64,000 nt of DNA from Rhina ancylostomus (Eukaryota). The stretch is from positions 47,943,001 to 48,007,000 of the forward strand of contig JARFYF010000063.1 of the NCBI GenBank assembly GCA_030265395.1, in the 5' to 3' direction. A program made the translations under genes and the position numbers. Position 1 is the stretch's first letter, and each line of letters opens with the position of its first letter. Positions 38,654 to 52,989 of the stretch are shown in pieces. The notes under the pieces were generated by a model. It did not search any database. It was not told the origin of the DNA and saw only the letters and a list, made by a program, of their open reading frames with translations.

Positions 38654-39383
38654 AAAACAACAAGATGCTGGAGGGACTCAACAGGCCAGGCAGCATCTGT
38701 GAGGAGAAAAAGACGGTCAACGTTTTGGGTCAGGACCCTTCTTCAGGACTGAAGATAGGTAAAAGGGAAGCCCAATATATAGGAGGGAAAAGCAGGAGCA
38801 GTGATTGGTGGATGAAAGAGGGGAGGTTGGGTGGACACAAGGTATATCCAGGTAAGAAATAATGATAGGTAAATGTGGGGAGGAGGGACCTTACAACCTA
38901 ATAGGATGAACATCGAATTCTCCCACTGTAAGTAAACCAATCCCCCCCCACCATGCCTCTTCTTTTCTTCCCTTTCCTAGCCTATCACTCTTTATTCTCC
39001 TTGCCTATTTCTTTCTTTTTTTCCCCTTTCCTTCCCTCCCCTCATGGGGCGCATGCTTCCATACCTGTGACCCATCCCCTGCTGGATCTGCTCTCCCCTC
39101 CTCCCCCACATCTGCCTATCACTATCTCTTACCTGCATCTACCTATCACCACCTTGTGCCCACCCCGCCTCCCGTCTTTTGTCCACCCATCACTGCTCTG
39201 TTTTTCCCTTCTTTATACTGGGCTTCCCCTTTTCCTATCTTCAGTCCTGAAGAAGGGTCCTTACCCAAAACGTTGACCGTCTGTTTTCCTCCATGGATGC
39301 TGCCTGGCCTGCTGAGTTCCTCTGGCATCTTGTTTCTTTTTAGCCTAGATTCCAGCATCTGAAGCCCTTCATTTCTCTATTAC
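38654..39383 (+). mobile_element. 5'-truncated Penelope-like element with inverted pLTR arm
   Basis: 38655-38887 is an inverted copy of ~39093-39340. The centre encodes GTLQPNRMNIEFSHCK* (Penelope GIY-YIG C-terminus). Degenerate TSD taatgcccaggtgca (38639-38653) / taatgctcggggca (39384-39397). Confidence 0.88.
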
Positions 39384-42300
39384 TAATGCTCGGGGCAGTG
39401 ATATGCACACTTTGGGACCTGGAATGCTTGGCTTTCAGTGGATTAAATTTCATTTAAATTAAAAAGTAAGAATAAAAACCTATTTTCAAGGTGGACATAA
39501 GTGAGGTGAACAGTATTCTTCTTGTGCCAAGCAACATTTTGTTCACTCTTACAGACCAATATGTAGTAATTGTAACTGAGACGTCTTCGCTACACTCTGA
39601 CTGCACTCCTCGTGATCTTTTGGAATGTCTGTATGTGAAAGTGGGTGGTTTTAGTTGCTTTACATTTTCTAAGCTAACCATCTAACAGTGTGATTTAAAG
39701 TTTAAAAGTCCAGCTATGGCCTTGGGCATGGCAGGAGGCTGACAAATTTAAAGCTGTTTCTTTGCAGTTTTTACAATAGACACCTATGATAAAATTCATC
39801 AGAAAAATATAAACATTTTTTGAGTTAATTTAATGTAAAAATTAATGCACATTTATCTTAAGTAATATAATTAAATTGTCCTGCTAAATAAAGAACATCA
39901 TTGTGAAATTGCAGGAGTTACTTAATGTATTTTTATTAGGGTTGATTCCAATAATGGAACTTTCAACTCGACTAGGTGCTAAAGTGTTCTAAAAGGAAAT
40001 ACTGTACAAGTAATAGCGAGTTTCTGTTGCACACACGTCATAGCAGGATCCAGCTGCAGCTTATTAAAATCAGCACAACTCTCCTTTTGGTCTGTCAAGA
40101 CATTCCATGATGAGAGAAGCAACCTAGGAAGTGATTCCTTTCATCAGCTGTGTTAACTCTACTTCCCAATCCAATCATCAAGCTGACACAATACTATCTC
40201 AGAAAACTACCCACAATGTAAATTAGTTTTTCTGTGTAATAAACATTCTCCAACTTTGAACTGGGAGGTAAGGTTTGCTATGTTTTAGAGAACACCAATG
40301 ATATTAAGTTGTTTTCTCTTTAAAGGCTGAAGAATTAAAAGTACAAAAATAATCTGATAGAAGGTTTAGCTCATCAACAAGATATGATCTACTAAGAATT
40401 TAATCTTAAATACTGTATTTCTTTATACCTTTTTCTGTAGAACTGCTAATTAGAACTAATTGGTTAAAAGTCTCTACTGGTACCAAGTACTATACCTAAT
40501 TGTGATCTGGATTAAGACAACGAAAACTCACTTCATTCATTCACAGGGCTCTCACAATTACATTAGTTTGGGATGGATATGGACTACTGTATAATGTTGG
40601 GGAAATACTGTTCCAAATTACTGTATTAACCATTCCTCTCAAAGAAAAACTCAGAAAAATTTTAAAAATTAATTTTACATTAAAATTTAATTTAGCTAAG
40701 TTAAGTTAGTTATCAGAACCACAGACACTGCTCATTCGTGTTCAGAAAATGCACGCCTTTGAAGGAAAGCTACAGGGTCTTGGTTATTGACACCATATCA
40801 CTGGAAGTCACTGAAATTCTTGGCAGTAAAAGGCTAAATCTCCATGTCATTACTCCCTGGTGAACATTTTCTTATTGCAGTCTATTTCCTGACAATCCTA
40901 GCTTCAAATCAGCTGGTAGATGCTGCTCTCTGATCTACTGAGGGCCTTTTATTTTCAATATAAAAGTAATTGATTTCAAATTGACATGCGCATCATTGAA
41001 AGAAGGAAGTATCTCTTTTCAAGTGATACCGAAAACTTGCCCATCAGTCATACCGAAAACAAACCACATGGGGCCCTATGTGCTCTCTAGCTGCAAGGCT
41101 GTTAAACTGCCTTTGTGTTAGAATTGGTGATGAGCTGGGGAGTCCCTGATATCCAGTGAATGGGCCCTCATGTAAACAGCAGCAATTTCAATTAGAGTCA
41201 CAAGATGTGCTAAGTCAGCTGGCTGAGAAAAACGTGCCTTTTTGGCAGCCTGCCTTAGCCAATAGGATGGGTCCCCTTTGCCTCTGGCTGTGTAAGACAT
41301 ACACACATGGGACTGATAGCTTTTTGTCGTCACTTAGACCCAAAATAAAGGCAGAATTTGTCCAGGGATCTAATAACTAAAACTTTCCTGTTGACTATGG
41401 GTAAGGTTCTGGAACCAATTTCTTCAAAATGCCCACTTGCATTGTGGTTGTCATGGTACTCAGTTTTGGGGTCTTTCAAAGAGCATTTTACATGAAAATT
41501 CTTTGACATGATCAGGAGTAGGAGTAGGCTTGGGGCTGACTATTTTCTAATCCTGAAGGCAACACACAAACAAAACTAAATTCAGTTCCAACTGTAGATA
41601 AGCAATTGAAAAAAGAGGATCCAGAAGCATATGTGTTCTGATAAAATGTAAATAGGGATCCTCCTTATTAAAAAAATAAAGACTACGCCAGTGTTAACTC
41701 TGGACACTAACTGACGCAATATATACTACTTGTATAAATGTGTGATTTATGAAAATGGGTGCGGTTATATGTTCCAATTCAAAAATCAAAAGTAGAAAGC
41801 AATTAACTCATGTCTAACAAATGTCAATTGTTAATCAAGGCAATCATCATATCTGCCTTTATGAATGTTTTGTGGTGAATGGTGTGTCCCTATCATTGGA
41901 AAATTAAGATTTTGTAATTTGTAATATTTCTTGCTCATTATAACTTCCGCTCAACAATCATGAAACCAGCAATATGTATGGCTACAGAGCGAAAATGGTT
42001 GCATGACAGTCATTCCAATGGAGCAGCAGAAGCTCTTGTGGTAATCCAAATTCAGATTCTAGACTAAAATAATTGTGCCAAGGATCTCCACAAAAGGTTG
42101 AACACCAACATGTTGAAGCTGGAAAGAAGGGAAGACAAGAAAGATTCATTTCATCAAATGAAATAACCTTCCTCTACCTGAAGTACCACAACAATGCTGA
42201 AGTCAGAGGAGTCACTGCCACTGCTTAGAGGAATATTGTGAGGGTGGTGGGTGAGAATGGGGAGAGAAAAGAAGCACGGGGTAAGAGGGGATTAACTGTG

Positions 42301-43479
42301 AATGAGGTACTGATAAAAAAAACTAAAATTGAGACAATTTTAGAAGAAAATTATGACAAAATTATGGTGCCAAATGAATTATGCTCAAGAAAATATCAAC
42401 ATACTGTAATGATTACAAAATAGGTCTGGATGTAGATAATAAGCACAGATTGAACAGCTAAAATATGCCAATTGGCAATAATATCAATAAGCTGTCTGGT
42501 AAGTTGTTGGATCAGAGACGGAGATTAGACCACCTCTCTGTTATGTTAACCTATCAGAAATCACACATGCTTAGGGAAAACCTCTTTAATAACAAAGTAC
42601 TTCCACCTCCCCCCCAAAAACCCCTGCTTTATCCTTTTAGTTAAGGTAACCAATTCCAAATATTGCTGAAAGTTAAAATGAATTCAGATCAATATCTGCA
42701 AGCTTGAAGGCAGCTGACAAATACATTAACTTCACATTAACCTCTGTAGGAGACAGGAACGGAAACATCCAAGCTAGCAGGCCTGCAAGTCAAGTGTCTA
42801 CAAAAGAAAAGTAAATATCATTCCAAACTCCAGCTGAACCATCTACAATTCAATCAGAAACATCTGTGCTGGGAATATAGTGTTACTATGGTGTTCTGGG
42901 AAAAGCGGCTGTTTTCAAATGAGGAGGATCGATTGCAGACGAGAACAACCCAAGAGCTGAAAACAGTCCAGCTCGTGCCAGGAGGTGATTGCAATAATTT
43001 ATCTGTTTCCATTTCTTTCTTTTCTGAGGTCACATCTGACAACACCTGCGGAGGTGAGCAGAACAGTATGACTGTTTACTGTGGTCTGTGGATATGTAGG
43101 GGAGGTGGAAGGAATGGTGTGGGCTGGGCTGGGGGGAGGGTGTTGGGCACTGGTAGTAAAGACAGCGCTTCTTGAGCAATCACCCTTTTCTGTGGTCCAG
43201 CAAAGATAATGAAAGAGACTGATGTTCCTGGGCAGCAGTAAGATAACTAATATTATAAGAAATCAAAGTACACTGTTGTGCAAGCTCAGAATAAAGAACT
43301 TACAGAATTAAGAAATATCGTAGGGATATGACTAGGTATAGCATGGAATAGAATTATGCATGTCAAACAGTCCTAATGATATTAAACATTAACAGCTGCA
43401 ATTGCTCCACAAGATTTTCAGCTTCGTAGAAGAAGGTCCTTCTTGCACCTGTGCTGGGTGTTTGAAGGGTGTACTCATT

Positions 43480-44145
43480 TAGCCCCATTCCCCTGACCTT
43501 TGTTTGCTGTGTTCAATTTCAGTCCTTGATCAAGAATTTATCCAATTCCCTTTGAAAAGTTAATATTGAACCTTCTTCCACCAAAGTTGCTAGCAGTCCA
43601 TTCCAAACCAGTGTGAAAGAAAAATGTCTCATTCCCCTTTGGATCTTTCATCAATGATCTGAAAATCTGTTTCCTTTGGTTACTGACCCCTCTGTAACTG
43701 GCAACCGTTTCTCCTATTTGCACAATGAAAACCCCTTGAAATTTTTCCACTTTGAAGGATTCAATTCTAATTTTTACAGGTAGTTTAGCTGACCACCCAT
43801 TTAGTGTTGGTTCTAAGCCAGCAGAAACTACCAGTACATTACAGGAAGACAAATAGTTCTGATGACATCAATCACCACCAAATATGACATAAAGTAATTA
43901 GTAGAAGGATAAATGGGGAGATGAGGATTTTTTTACTCAGAGGGTGGTAGAGATCTGGAACTCACTGCCTGAAAGGATGGTCGAAGTTGAAAGATTCACC
44001 ACATTTAAACAGTACTTGAAGGGATACCGGAAGAGCCCTGACCTGGAGGGCTATGGACCTGGCGCAGAAAGATGAGACCTTTTTGACCAGCACAGACACA
44101 ATGCGCTGAAGGCCCACTTCTGAGTCATAAATTTTCCATGATTCT
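43480..44145. mobile_element. Two CR1 3'-end fragments in opposite orientation (~43480-43780 minus, ~43910-44145 plus)
   Basis: ttatccaattccctttgaaa...cattccaaacc (minus-strand tail) and ttttttactcagagggtggtagagatctggaactcactgcctgaaagg...tttccatgattct (plus-strand tail). Confidence 0.65.
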
Positions 44146-44993
44146 CTAGTACCACAACACTGTCACTTTGCAACAAAGGTGCAGGAAGCACATAAAGTGT
44201 GTACATTTACACATCCTGAGATACTTTAACAGAAGAGGAAATTATAAATTCTCTTTATCTGTCTAGTTTTACACAGAATGTGGTACTTGGAATTCCGGTC
44301 AGAAGAACCAAGGAGCAACTATTGAGAGCTTCCATAAATAATGTGCAACAAATCCAATGAAGTGTAACAGTTATAGCTAAGCTGCATGGCTATTTCGACT
44401 TTGCTCGTTTGTATACAAGGAACAGAATGGTTTTAGCCAGACTCCCAGAAAGCCATTCAGTTCAGGAAACAATCAGCATACAGAAGAGCTTTGGGCAAAT
44501 CACTGGATTCTAGAACCAGCCAGCTGGCATCTTCTCACTTTCTTTTTATAAAATATCCTCCTTTACATATGAATTTACAAGAAGTTAAATTTTGTTCAAT
44601 GGAGAAACATAAACACAATGTCCAGGGTGTTTTCCCAGTTCAAGATTTGACTTGATTTTAAAATGTAGATTTTTACAAGGTTTCACCCATATATACATTT
44701 GGTAAAACAGGGTTATTTTCCCTTCCTGAAAATCAAGGGTAAGAACTGACAAATAGATTTAAGGCTCCAACAACTTGTATTTACATTAGATCCTCAATAC
44801 AGAAACATTACTACACGGTTCACAGGAAAGGAGCAGCACACATGCTAAGTCTCTGAAGTCAGGTCTTAAACTTCAAGTTATGATGGCAAATTCCAATTAT
44901 TACTGAAAGTTAAAATGAATTTGGATCAATATCTACAAGCCAGATGCGGCCAAATACCGAGCAGCAGAAAGGCTTTCAAAGGAAGGAAAGGAA

Positions 44994-45013
44994 GTAGGTA
45001 GGTAGGTAGGTAG
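44994..45013. repeat. (GTAG)5 microsatellite
   Basis: gtaggtaggtaggtaggtag read directly. Confidence 0.9.
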
Positions 45014-46699
45014 ATGGAATGGTTTCCAAAGTGAGATCCAGGACATAAGAAAGCTGTGCTACTAATAGCAATGAGACCATAAATAATGCTGTACTTTCCT
45101 GATGTCCAATGTAAGAAATCCTATTAATTATCTGTGACCCAATTGAGTTGTCACTGGCCTAAGTACTCAACATATTTGATAACACCTCCCCTATAATATT
45201 GGTGAATGTAAAGTAGTGTAAGCTGTAAGGCTATCTATTTTATAGATTATAGGTCATCATAGAGCTATGTAAGGATAATTAGAACTATGCAGTTCAACTC
45301 AGCATTCTTGTACTGTAATAATGGTAGCACGGTGGAAAACAAGAGGACTCAGTAGATCTATTGTGGCTTTGACAATGGCAGGTCAAGATAAGGCAAATAT
45401 CCCTCAGTGATAATAAAGTGTGTGAATCCGGCAGTTCTGGAGATCGTGAAGCTCTCCCTCATGGCAGACATGCCTGGTTGCAGGTAAGACTGTGCAATGC
45501 CCAAATAGGGAGTGCACAAAATGCACCATAAATTTAATGACACGTAACTTCTTGTCAAAATAGCAGTGAGCCTAATGGCATTTGGCAGTATTTATGCTCA
45601 AATCCTGCAGCAATTTCAGAGGAGGACAAATGTGTGGTTTAATGCGGAAATCCAAAATTTACTGTCTCAGAAGCCATTATTTTTGAGAAAATGGCATCTT
45701 GCTTTCTGCCTCTCTAAAGAATTGAATCAATTGTAGTGAAGATGCACTATCTACACACTAATATGAGCTCAACTCATTACTGAAAATTGTCTTATCCATT
45801 TTAGTCTGAGTACACTTTTAACAATGAAATTAGTGTTTATTACTTCCAGACAACCACTCTGGTACTAAAAATTAACTATTGCAGCGTCTCATTCCTTTGA
45901 ATTCTTGGGGATTAAAAAAAATGAAATAAAATAAAACAAGATTCTTCCTGCTACCTCTTTTCTTTGTTTTTAATCCTATCTTTCTTCCCCTTTTATTTCC
46001 CTTCCCATATTTGATTTGACATTGAATTCATCCATTTTAATTTGGACTTCTTTTCAGTTCATGCATTGTTAACGCCACAGTCTCGCAATTGGATTTTTGA
46101 AGCAGATATGCGATTGCTTTCCCCAATCACTCAGATGCCAAGTACCTGGTTTCCCTCAGTGCAATATTATCAGGTCATACTTCCACAAACTCGTCATAGA
46201 ATTTTGCTTTTTAAAAAGTTGTTAAATTCAGTCCTACAAAAATTATAGACGGTAAAAATGTTTCAAAGTAGAAAATATTTCAAATGATTTGTTTAAGTAT
46301 ATTTAATATCCATCCCAAATGTTAGAAAAATTCTGGTAGGGGAGGATGGTGCCAAGGCTGAGTGGCATTGAATCTGAGCAGCGGTAATTTAACAAAATAG
46401 TCCCCTAAACTGTGTGGTGGCCAGATAGGGGATCAACTTCAACATGATGCATTATTTTGTCATACAACTCAAAGCCAAATAAATTATATTTTTATACTCC
46501 TTTTCAGTTCCTTGCTTGCAGTGGAAGAATCATAGCATTTGAAAAGAATGAACATAACTTTAAATTTGTTACTGATACCTCAACATCATAAATTGTTGAA
46601 GCAGGTTTTCTTGAAGAACAAAACTGCTCTTTCTATCATAACACATGAAGCTCCACATCTTCCCTCACTGTCCTGGGGAAACTCGTGCAATGCTGCCAT

Positions 46700-47570
46700 G
46701 TCATGAGCCCTGTGGGCCATTTGGTGCAGGGATGGTGAGTAGGGCTTGAGACAGATTAGGCAGCTTGTGAAGGCAGTAAATGAGTGGCCTGGATGAGGAT
46801 TTCAGATAAGCAGTAAAGCAGAGCCAAAGATGAGTGTACTTATGGAAGAGCGATTAGGACATTGCTTTGAGATGGAGGGAATAAAACTTTGGGTCAAATA
46901 GGATGCAGAGGTTGGGAACTTTCTGAAACTGTAAAAAGGGTACTGGATGGAATTCGTGGGGGAGGGGGAGGTAGGGAAGAGAAATTAGTGATGGAGCAAA
47001 ATCAACTTTCAATGCTTAATTGGAGGAAATGTTGGTTCCCTCAGAATTGATATCAGACAACAACAATTAGAAGGAACTTGCATTTAGATAGTAAGCACCT
47101 CAAGATTACTCAAAAGCATAGTCAAATAAAATTTGACCATAAGCCAAACAGAAGTTATTAGGCAGATATTAGAACTTGATCAAAGAGAAAGTTTTAAGGA
47201 GTGTCTAAAGCAAGAAAAGACAGGACATGAAGACATTAGGAAGGGAATGATAAATAATTTGAAAATGCAGTCTCTGCAGCAATTTGGAGAGATTATAGTG
47301 TGGTGATCCTGGGTGTCATCTGTGTACATGTCAAAGCACATGGTATTCTTTTCAGGTAATATTGCTGAGATTAGCATGTAGACTAAAAACAAGAGTAGGC
47401 CAAGGAGGGATCCTTTGGGTACTCCAGAGGTAAAGGCACAGAGAGATTCTCTGGTTATTGAATAGGAACAGGAGGACAGGGGGAAGGAGGATGCTGTGAT
47501 CAACTTTGTCAAAGGTTGCAGGGAGGACAAAAAGTATGAGGAAACTGAAAGGTCTCAATCTTGGTACTGA
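46700..47570 (-). mobile_element. L2-clade LINE fragments with RT core
   Basis: Minus-strand translations PATFDKVDHSILL and GVPKGSLLGLLLFLVYM...FDMYTDDTQ (decayed AFDTVDH, GVPQGS and YADD motifs). L2 tail near 47070. Confidence 0.75.
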
Positions 47571-50500
47571 CGAGATCCAAAAGCTCTACATGGTTGTTGG
47601 TGGGGCAGAGGCAGGGTGGAAACTTTAATGAGATCACTATGAGTGGTATAGAAAGGAATCTGAGATGCACCGAATTTCATCAGGAAATCTATTTCCATAT
47701 ATTGCTGTGCTTAACTCAACATTTCATAGAAACAGACATCAGGCAAAGTTGTGTTACATCAAATCTTCAACAATATTAGTTTTTGATAGGCACTTTAATT
47801 AAAATATGCTATTAAGAATATAGAAACTATGAAATTATTTACACTGCCCCTGCTTAAGTAATAGACAAGAGGTCTACTATCTGATTCATTTGTATTCCAT
47901 GGCCAAATGTGTCTGTTTATTTAGTAGTACTCTCTCTCTGCCTCATTCCACCACAAGTGAAAACTGAAAATCATGCCAATTCCCCATGAACAGACATTTC
48001 CAATTGTTATGGAGCAAATGGCTACAAGTAGATGCTTCAGAGAAGCCCAGGATGACTGCCTCCACAATTCCCAATACTTACGTGCAAGAATATCATGTGC
48101 TATCATTTGACATTTTGCCACAGTTATATAGCCAAAACTGGGAATTAAATAATATGGCTGTACTACATGAGGTGCTTTAACCTGCAACTTCATAGTACCA
48201 TTTGACTCAGAAGTCAAATAAATTAAAATACCTCAAGGCATAACTCTAAAGCTGAACTGATGGGATCTCTTTGGCAATGTAGACACTTCAACAAATTCAT
48301 GTTACATGTAGCTGGGTCTACAATGGTAATTTGATTATTAGACTGTAATTAACACAAAGAAAAATGATCTGGAAGAAGGTGGACAGGATTAAATAGCAGC
48401 CAATTTATGTGGATCCAGATCCCTCAAACAAGAGATGAATAACCTGCTGAAGTTCTGCCATTTGATTTTCACTTCTGCCCAAACAAATGGATGGGACCTT
48501 GGCTTAGCAAATCATCTGCAGGGTGACATCTTCCACAACACATCATTCCTATGCCGAGGCTACACACAAAATTTTGGAATAGGCCATTAAGCTGCCAACC
48601 TCTGATTCAGAAATGAAGGTTTTGGCAGCTGAATTAACCTGAGACCTGCAATATGTGCCTGAGTCTCTGCCAGTGCTTTGCTTATTTTGGTCACAAGTAA
48701 GTGCGCTACTGTAATTCATTCTTCCCAATCCCTCCCACTTTCATCCACTGGGAATTCCTGCTAGCAGTGGCAGGAACTTGCTCTGTCCTAACACTCCATG
48801 TCACCTCTACAAAGAGTTCTGCGTCGACAGCAATCCACTTAGCCATTAGTTAACCTAAAGTACACTGTAAAAACCAGAAGAGGCTCACTGGATTTCAGTT
48901 GATTACAGCTGCTTCCAACTGAGCGCATGAAGGTAATGAAGAGGAAGAGATTCAACATCTGCATTTCTGAAAATGTTGAGTACGTCCACTGATTGCAGTT
49001 AAACTGAGTTGAGAAACTGGACCGGGGAAGCCCAGCAGGAAACAGGGAGCAGGAACAAAGTTACAAATCTCTATCACTGATGGTGTTAAATTAACAAAGT
49101 ATCAAAGGCTTGCTNNNNNNNNNNNNNNNNNNNNNNNNNNNNNNNNNNNNNNNNNNNNNNNNNNNNNNNNNNNNNNNNNNNNNNNNNNNNNNNNNNNNNN
49201 NNNNNNNNNNNNNNTTCTAATAAATATGACACTTTTCATTGTCAATTCCCATCTGTTAATACTTAATATAAAATGCACACACTCTGTTATTCTGGGTCAC
49301 ACCAATCAGAGACCTGGGAGCATGTACTGCATCAGAAAAGGAAGCAACATTAAAGCAACAATTGTTCCAAAACAATTCATCTGAGGGGAGCAAGTAATAA
49401 ATGGCACTTAGTTGCTGACTGATACTGTTTAATTGCCATGAAAGTACAACTGCCCATGCTTAGTACAAAATTGCCTTCATGACCAAGAAGTTTCTTTTGG
49501 TTTGAAAAAGGAAAAGCCTAGGAGTTTTCTGTCAATTTTTATGGTAAAACAAAATCTGACTTAATGTTCAGGCTTCTTTCTGATCTAGCTATGGTAGAGA
49601 CCTCTCAACATGAACCAGCCAACAGGACCGTTATGTGGCCATTACAACAATTTCCATTACCAAAGACTCTCACTGTCAAATGATATCTTGGACCATCTTA
49701 CAAACTATAAGAGGTAGATCTTGGCTTTGTCCAACAAGGTAAGGCCAGCTCATGCTGCATCACTCCTGATTTTTTACTTCCATCAAGGTCAACAATAATA
49801 AAAATGGTGGGATGCTAAAGAGTCTGCTAATTCACTACCACTCGTTTTACATAATCCAACACAAAATGTTTAAAATGATAGATGGTGATTGGAGAACTTC
49901 ACTTGTTAGGAATGCTTTTATTTTAAGGACATGGAGAGGCAGGCTAATTCTGAAACATCAACGGGTTGATATTTTCTGGGAAATGCTGGTAGTTCCATAC
50001 CAAACTACCAGCATTTATCATCCCATATCTATCAGGGAGTCTGTGCCTCCTGAACAAATATGGAAGTCACAAACTTCTTGTCAATCCTGTGCCTGTGATT
50101 TCCCTATTGTTCTCCAATACTGAATTTGGTGAATGAATTTGCTGAATTCCCCAGCAGTTACTCTAGGATATCTCCTTGATGAGCCTGCACCAAGCTAGAT
50201 CTGGCAATGGAAGAGCGAGTCTACTCATTGTGCTCAGAAGGAGAAGAAGGATCATTCCAAGTCAAAATCTTTCAAAATATTTATTTATTTATTTTAACTG
50301 CTTAAGTGATTTAATTTTCCTTTGCTCTTTAAATAATTGTTTACTTCATCGCAATCATTTAGGAATATTCATCCCTTTGACAGCCAGCAAAGCTCAAGGA
50401 TGTGACTTTGCCAGCTGCCAAAGTTTTCTCAGTTATTTTGTGGGTGAGCTTGTTCAGGGTTGCATATGTCATGCAAGGCCCTNNNNNNNNNNNNNNNNNN

Positions 50501-51054
50501 NNNNNNNNNTCTTGCCACTGAGGTTTGGGATGGCATTTACGAGCAAGTAAATACAGGGGAATCCACAGCGGTTGATACCTACGTTAATGATGAGTGCTGG
50601 AAGCAAGTCCAGCCCATTGTTTCAGTGTCTGAAAGACTGGCCTCTGATGCTCTAATAAAGGGAATAAGAAACAAACGGCAATATCCAGCTTTGAAATCAC
50701 ATGCTGTAGTATGCATGGGGATTCAAACTGCGCATGCCATATTGCACACAAGCACTCCTGATCTTAAAGTGAAGCAAAGTCTGAGTCAGTATTCTTGTAT
50801 TCCTCTAAACTGTTTAGAACACAGACTGCTTAACAGAAACACCCTACAAGAGATGGAGTGTGGACTTTCAATTGAGGAGGTGCAGAGTCTTCACAAGAGC
50901 AGGACTGCTGCTAGAATATAGGCCCAGCCTTTTTTTTTATCAAACAGTAAGATAGGGATCTCCTTGCTCTTAGAGCTAAAGGAAAAGGTTTCTGATCATG
51001 TCCAGAAGTAAATTCTTTGGTGCCAATTTTTTTTTAACCTACCTACTAAACAGA

Positions 51055-51220
51055 ATTATTGGTATTAGTTTATTATTGTCACTTGTACCGAGGTACAGTG
51101 AAAAACTTGTTTTGCATACCGATTGTACAGGTCAACTCATTATGCAGTGCAGTTACATTGGATTAGTACAGAGTGCATGGAGGTAGTACAGGTAAAAACA
51201 ATAACAGTACAGAGTAACGA
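51055..51220 (-). mobile_element. Interspersed repeat end, probably a LINE 3' tail
   Basis: attggtattagtttattattgtcacttgtaccgaggtacagtgaaaaacttg has the form of a reverse-complemented retroposon tail (AATAAA + ccaat repeats on the minus strand). Family not identified. Confidence 0.4.
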
Positions 51221-52989
51221 TTATAGTAAGGGTAATGAGTAGATCTATAGAGAGCAGCTTGCAACGAGTCACCACACTCTGGTGCCATCTTGCTTCCTGA
51301 ATTAAATCCTGATTCTCAGTTTGATGAAATCATGGCAATATGGAAAATCTCTAATATAGAAGATGACATTAGTATTCCTTTAGCACACAATGACTAAAAT
51401 TATGCCAGAATACTCATGCACTGTGCTTATATAGCATTCATAATAAACATTTAATTCCCTTTCTTTGGCAGGCTGGAGTCAGTTACTACCTGAAAATTAC
51501 AGGTTGCTTGACAACAGAGAAATATTGCATTGATAATATCTTGCACATAGGTAGAGTTTTACATTTCACTCGCTAAGTAGCCAGCCATGTCACTGGTGAG
51601 CTGATGAGTAATCAGGCAGCCAGATATGGACGGGGAAGTCTGATTTTAGCATGCTCTTGCCTGTTTATGGATATTGAAGGCAGAGTCAACAAAAAATTTT
51701 AACCAACTGCTGGATTTATTAATTTAGACAAATGAAAAACAGCTGGGAACCAGTGAGAGCTTACTTAATATATTCATAGAAGATCTCAGTTGATGTAACT
51801 GGGGGGGGGCAAGGAGCTCTTCTGTCAGTGTTGCTGCCATTCCTTCCTTAACTTGCTGCTAAACCTTGGGCAGCACATCTTGAAATGCAGCCACTTGCAT
51901 ATTACACAAACTTCAGGTGCACTAAATTGGAGTGTATCTGAAAATGACTCTTTTGTCCATTTTGTACCTTTTGAGTCCTACACACTTCTCTTAACTTTTC
52001 CATTGCAGTCTGTTATTCTCTTGCTGGCCTTTTTGCCTTTTTTCACCCGGTCTCTGTAATATGCTGCTAAAGGTTCATGTGAGTTTACTCCTAGCCAGAT
52101 TTCCTTCCTTCCCAAATGATGAGCTGTCCATGAGTAACACAACTAGCTCTGGCATCTTGCCTGGTCCACTCTAATGTGGGTCAGCAATGAGAATTGATTG
52201 GGATTTTGGAACAATTGCTCCATGCTGTCTGATGTAAGCAGGATGCTGAAGTTGACTTTGTTGCCTTCAAATTGTCTGGTTATGAAGTGTGCATGTTGGC
52301 CCATTACTTTTAGACTTTAATGTGGATTATGATTCATATTTTAACTGCCGGTGCAAGTGGGAAATGAGAATTTTGGCTTTTCATTATCTGGTGTGAGGGA
52401 AACAATGCAGATAATAAACTAACTGGGATAACTGAGGGATGATCTTCCATTGAAAGGCCGACCTGCAATTGTCTCATGATCTAGTAGTAATTTTACTGCA
52501 ACTCATGGTCAGAGAGTAGATTTTAAGTAAGATATTTCATTAGTGAGGGCTTCACAAAGGACAGTTGGGTATCAGGTCTACAGAGCAAGCAAACAGTACC
52601 TACAATTGTCAAGAATTTAAAGAGTGAAGTCTTGGTACAGCAAGGAGACGGGACTTCTGATGTTCCAAAAGACAAAACCATGGACCGTGCTGCACTCCTC
52701 CATGTTGCTTTGAAGTTCCAGCCAAACATTTTGTGTTCGAGATCCCACAGCAGAAGTTGAACCCATGGGCTGCTGACTCTAAGGTGGGGATGAGACCCTC
52801 TGAGTCATGGCCAACATCTTAAGATTGTTCAACAGGAAAGAACTTTTAAAAATTGCTTTGATCTATAAACTTCTCATTGAAAACAAGAAAAATGCCTAAA
52901 ACCTGGTGCAATCAGGAATTACCAGATTCTCAATCACCAGATGACACCTGTTGCCTGCTATTATATTTTCCTTATGTGTTCTGTTTTAT

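Noticed and set aside
42888-43175. Plus-strand ORF with a strong donor-like GAG|GTGAGC near 43053
   Set aside because: No recognisable protein, weak acceptor and no partner exons.
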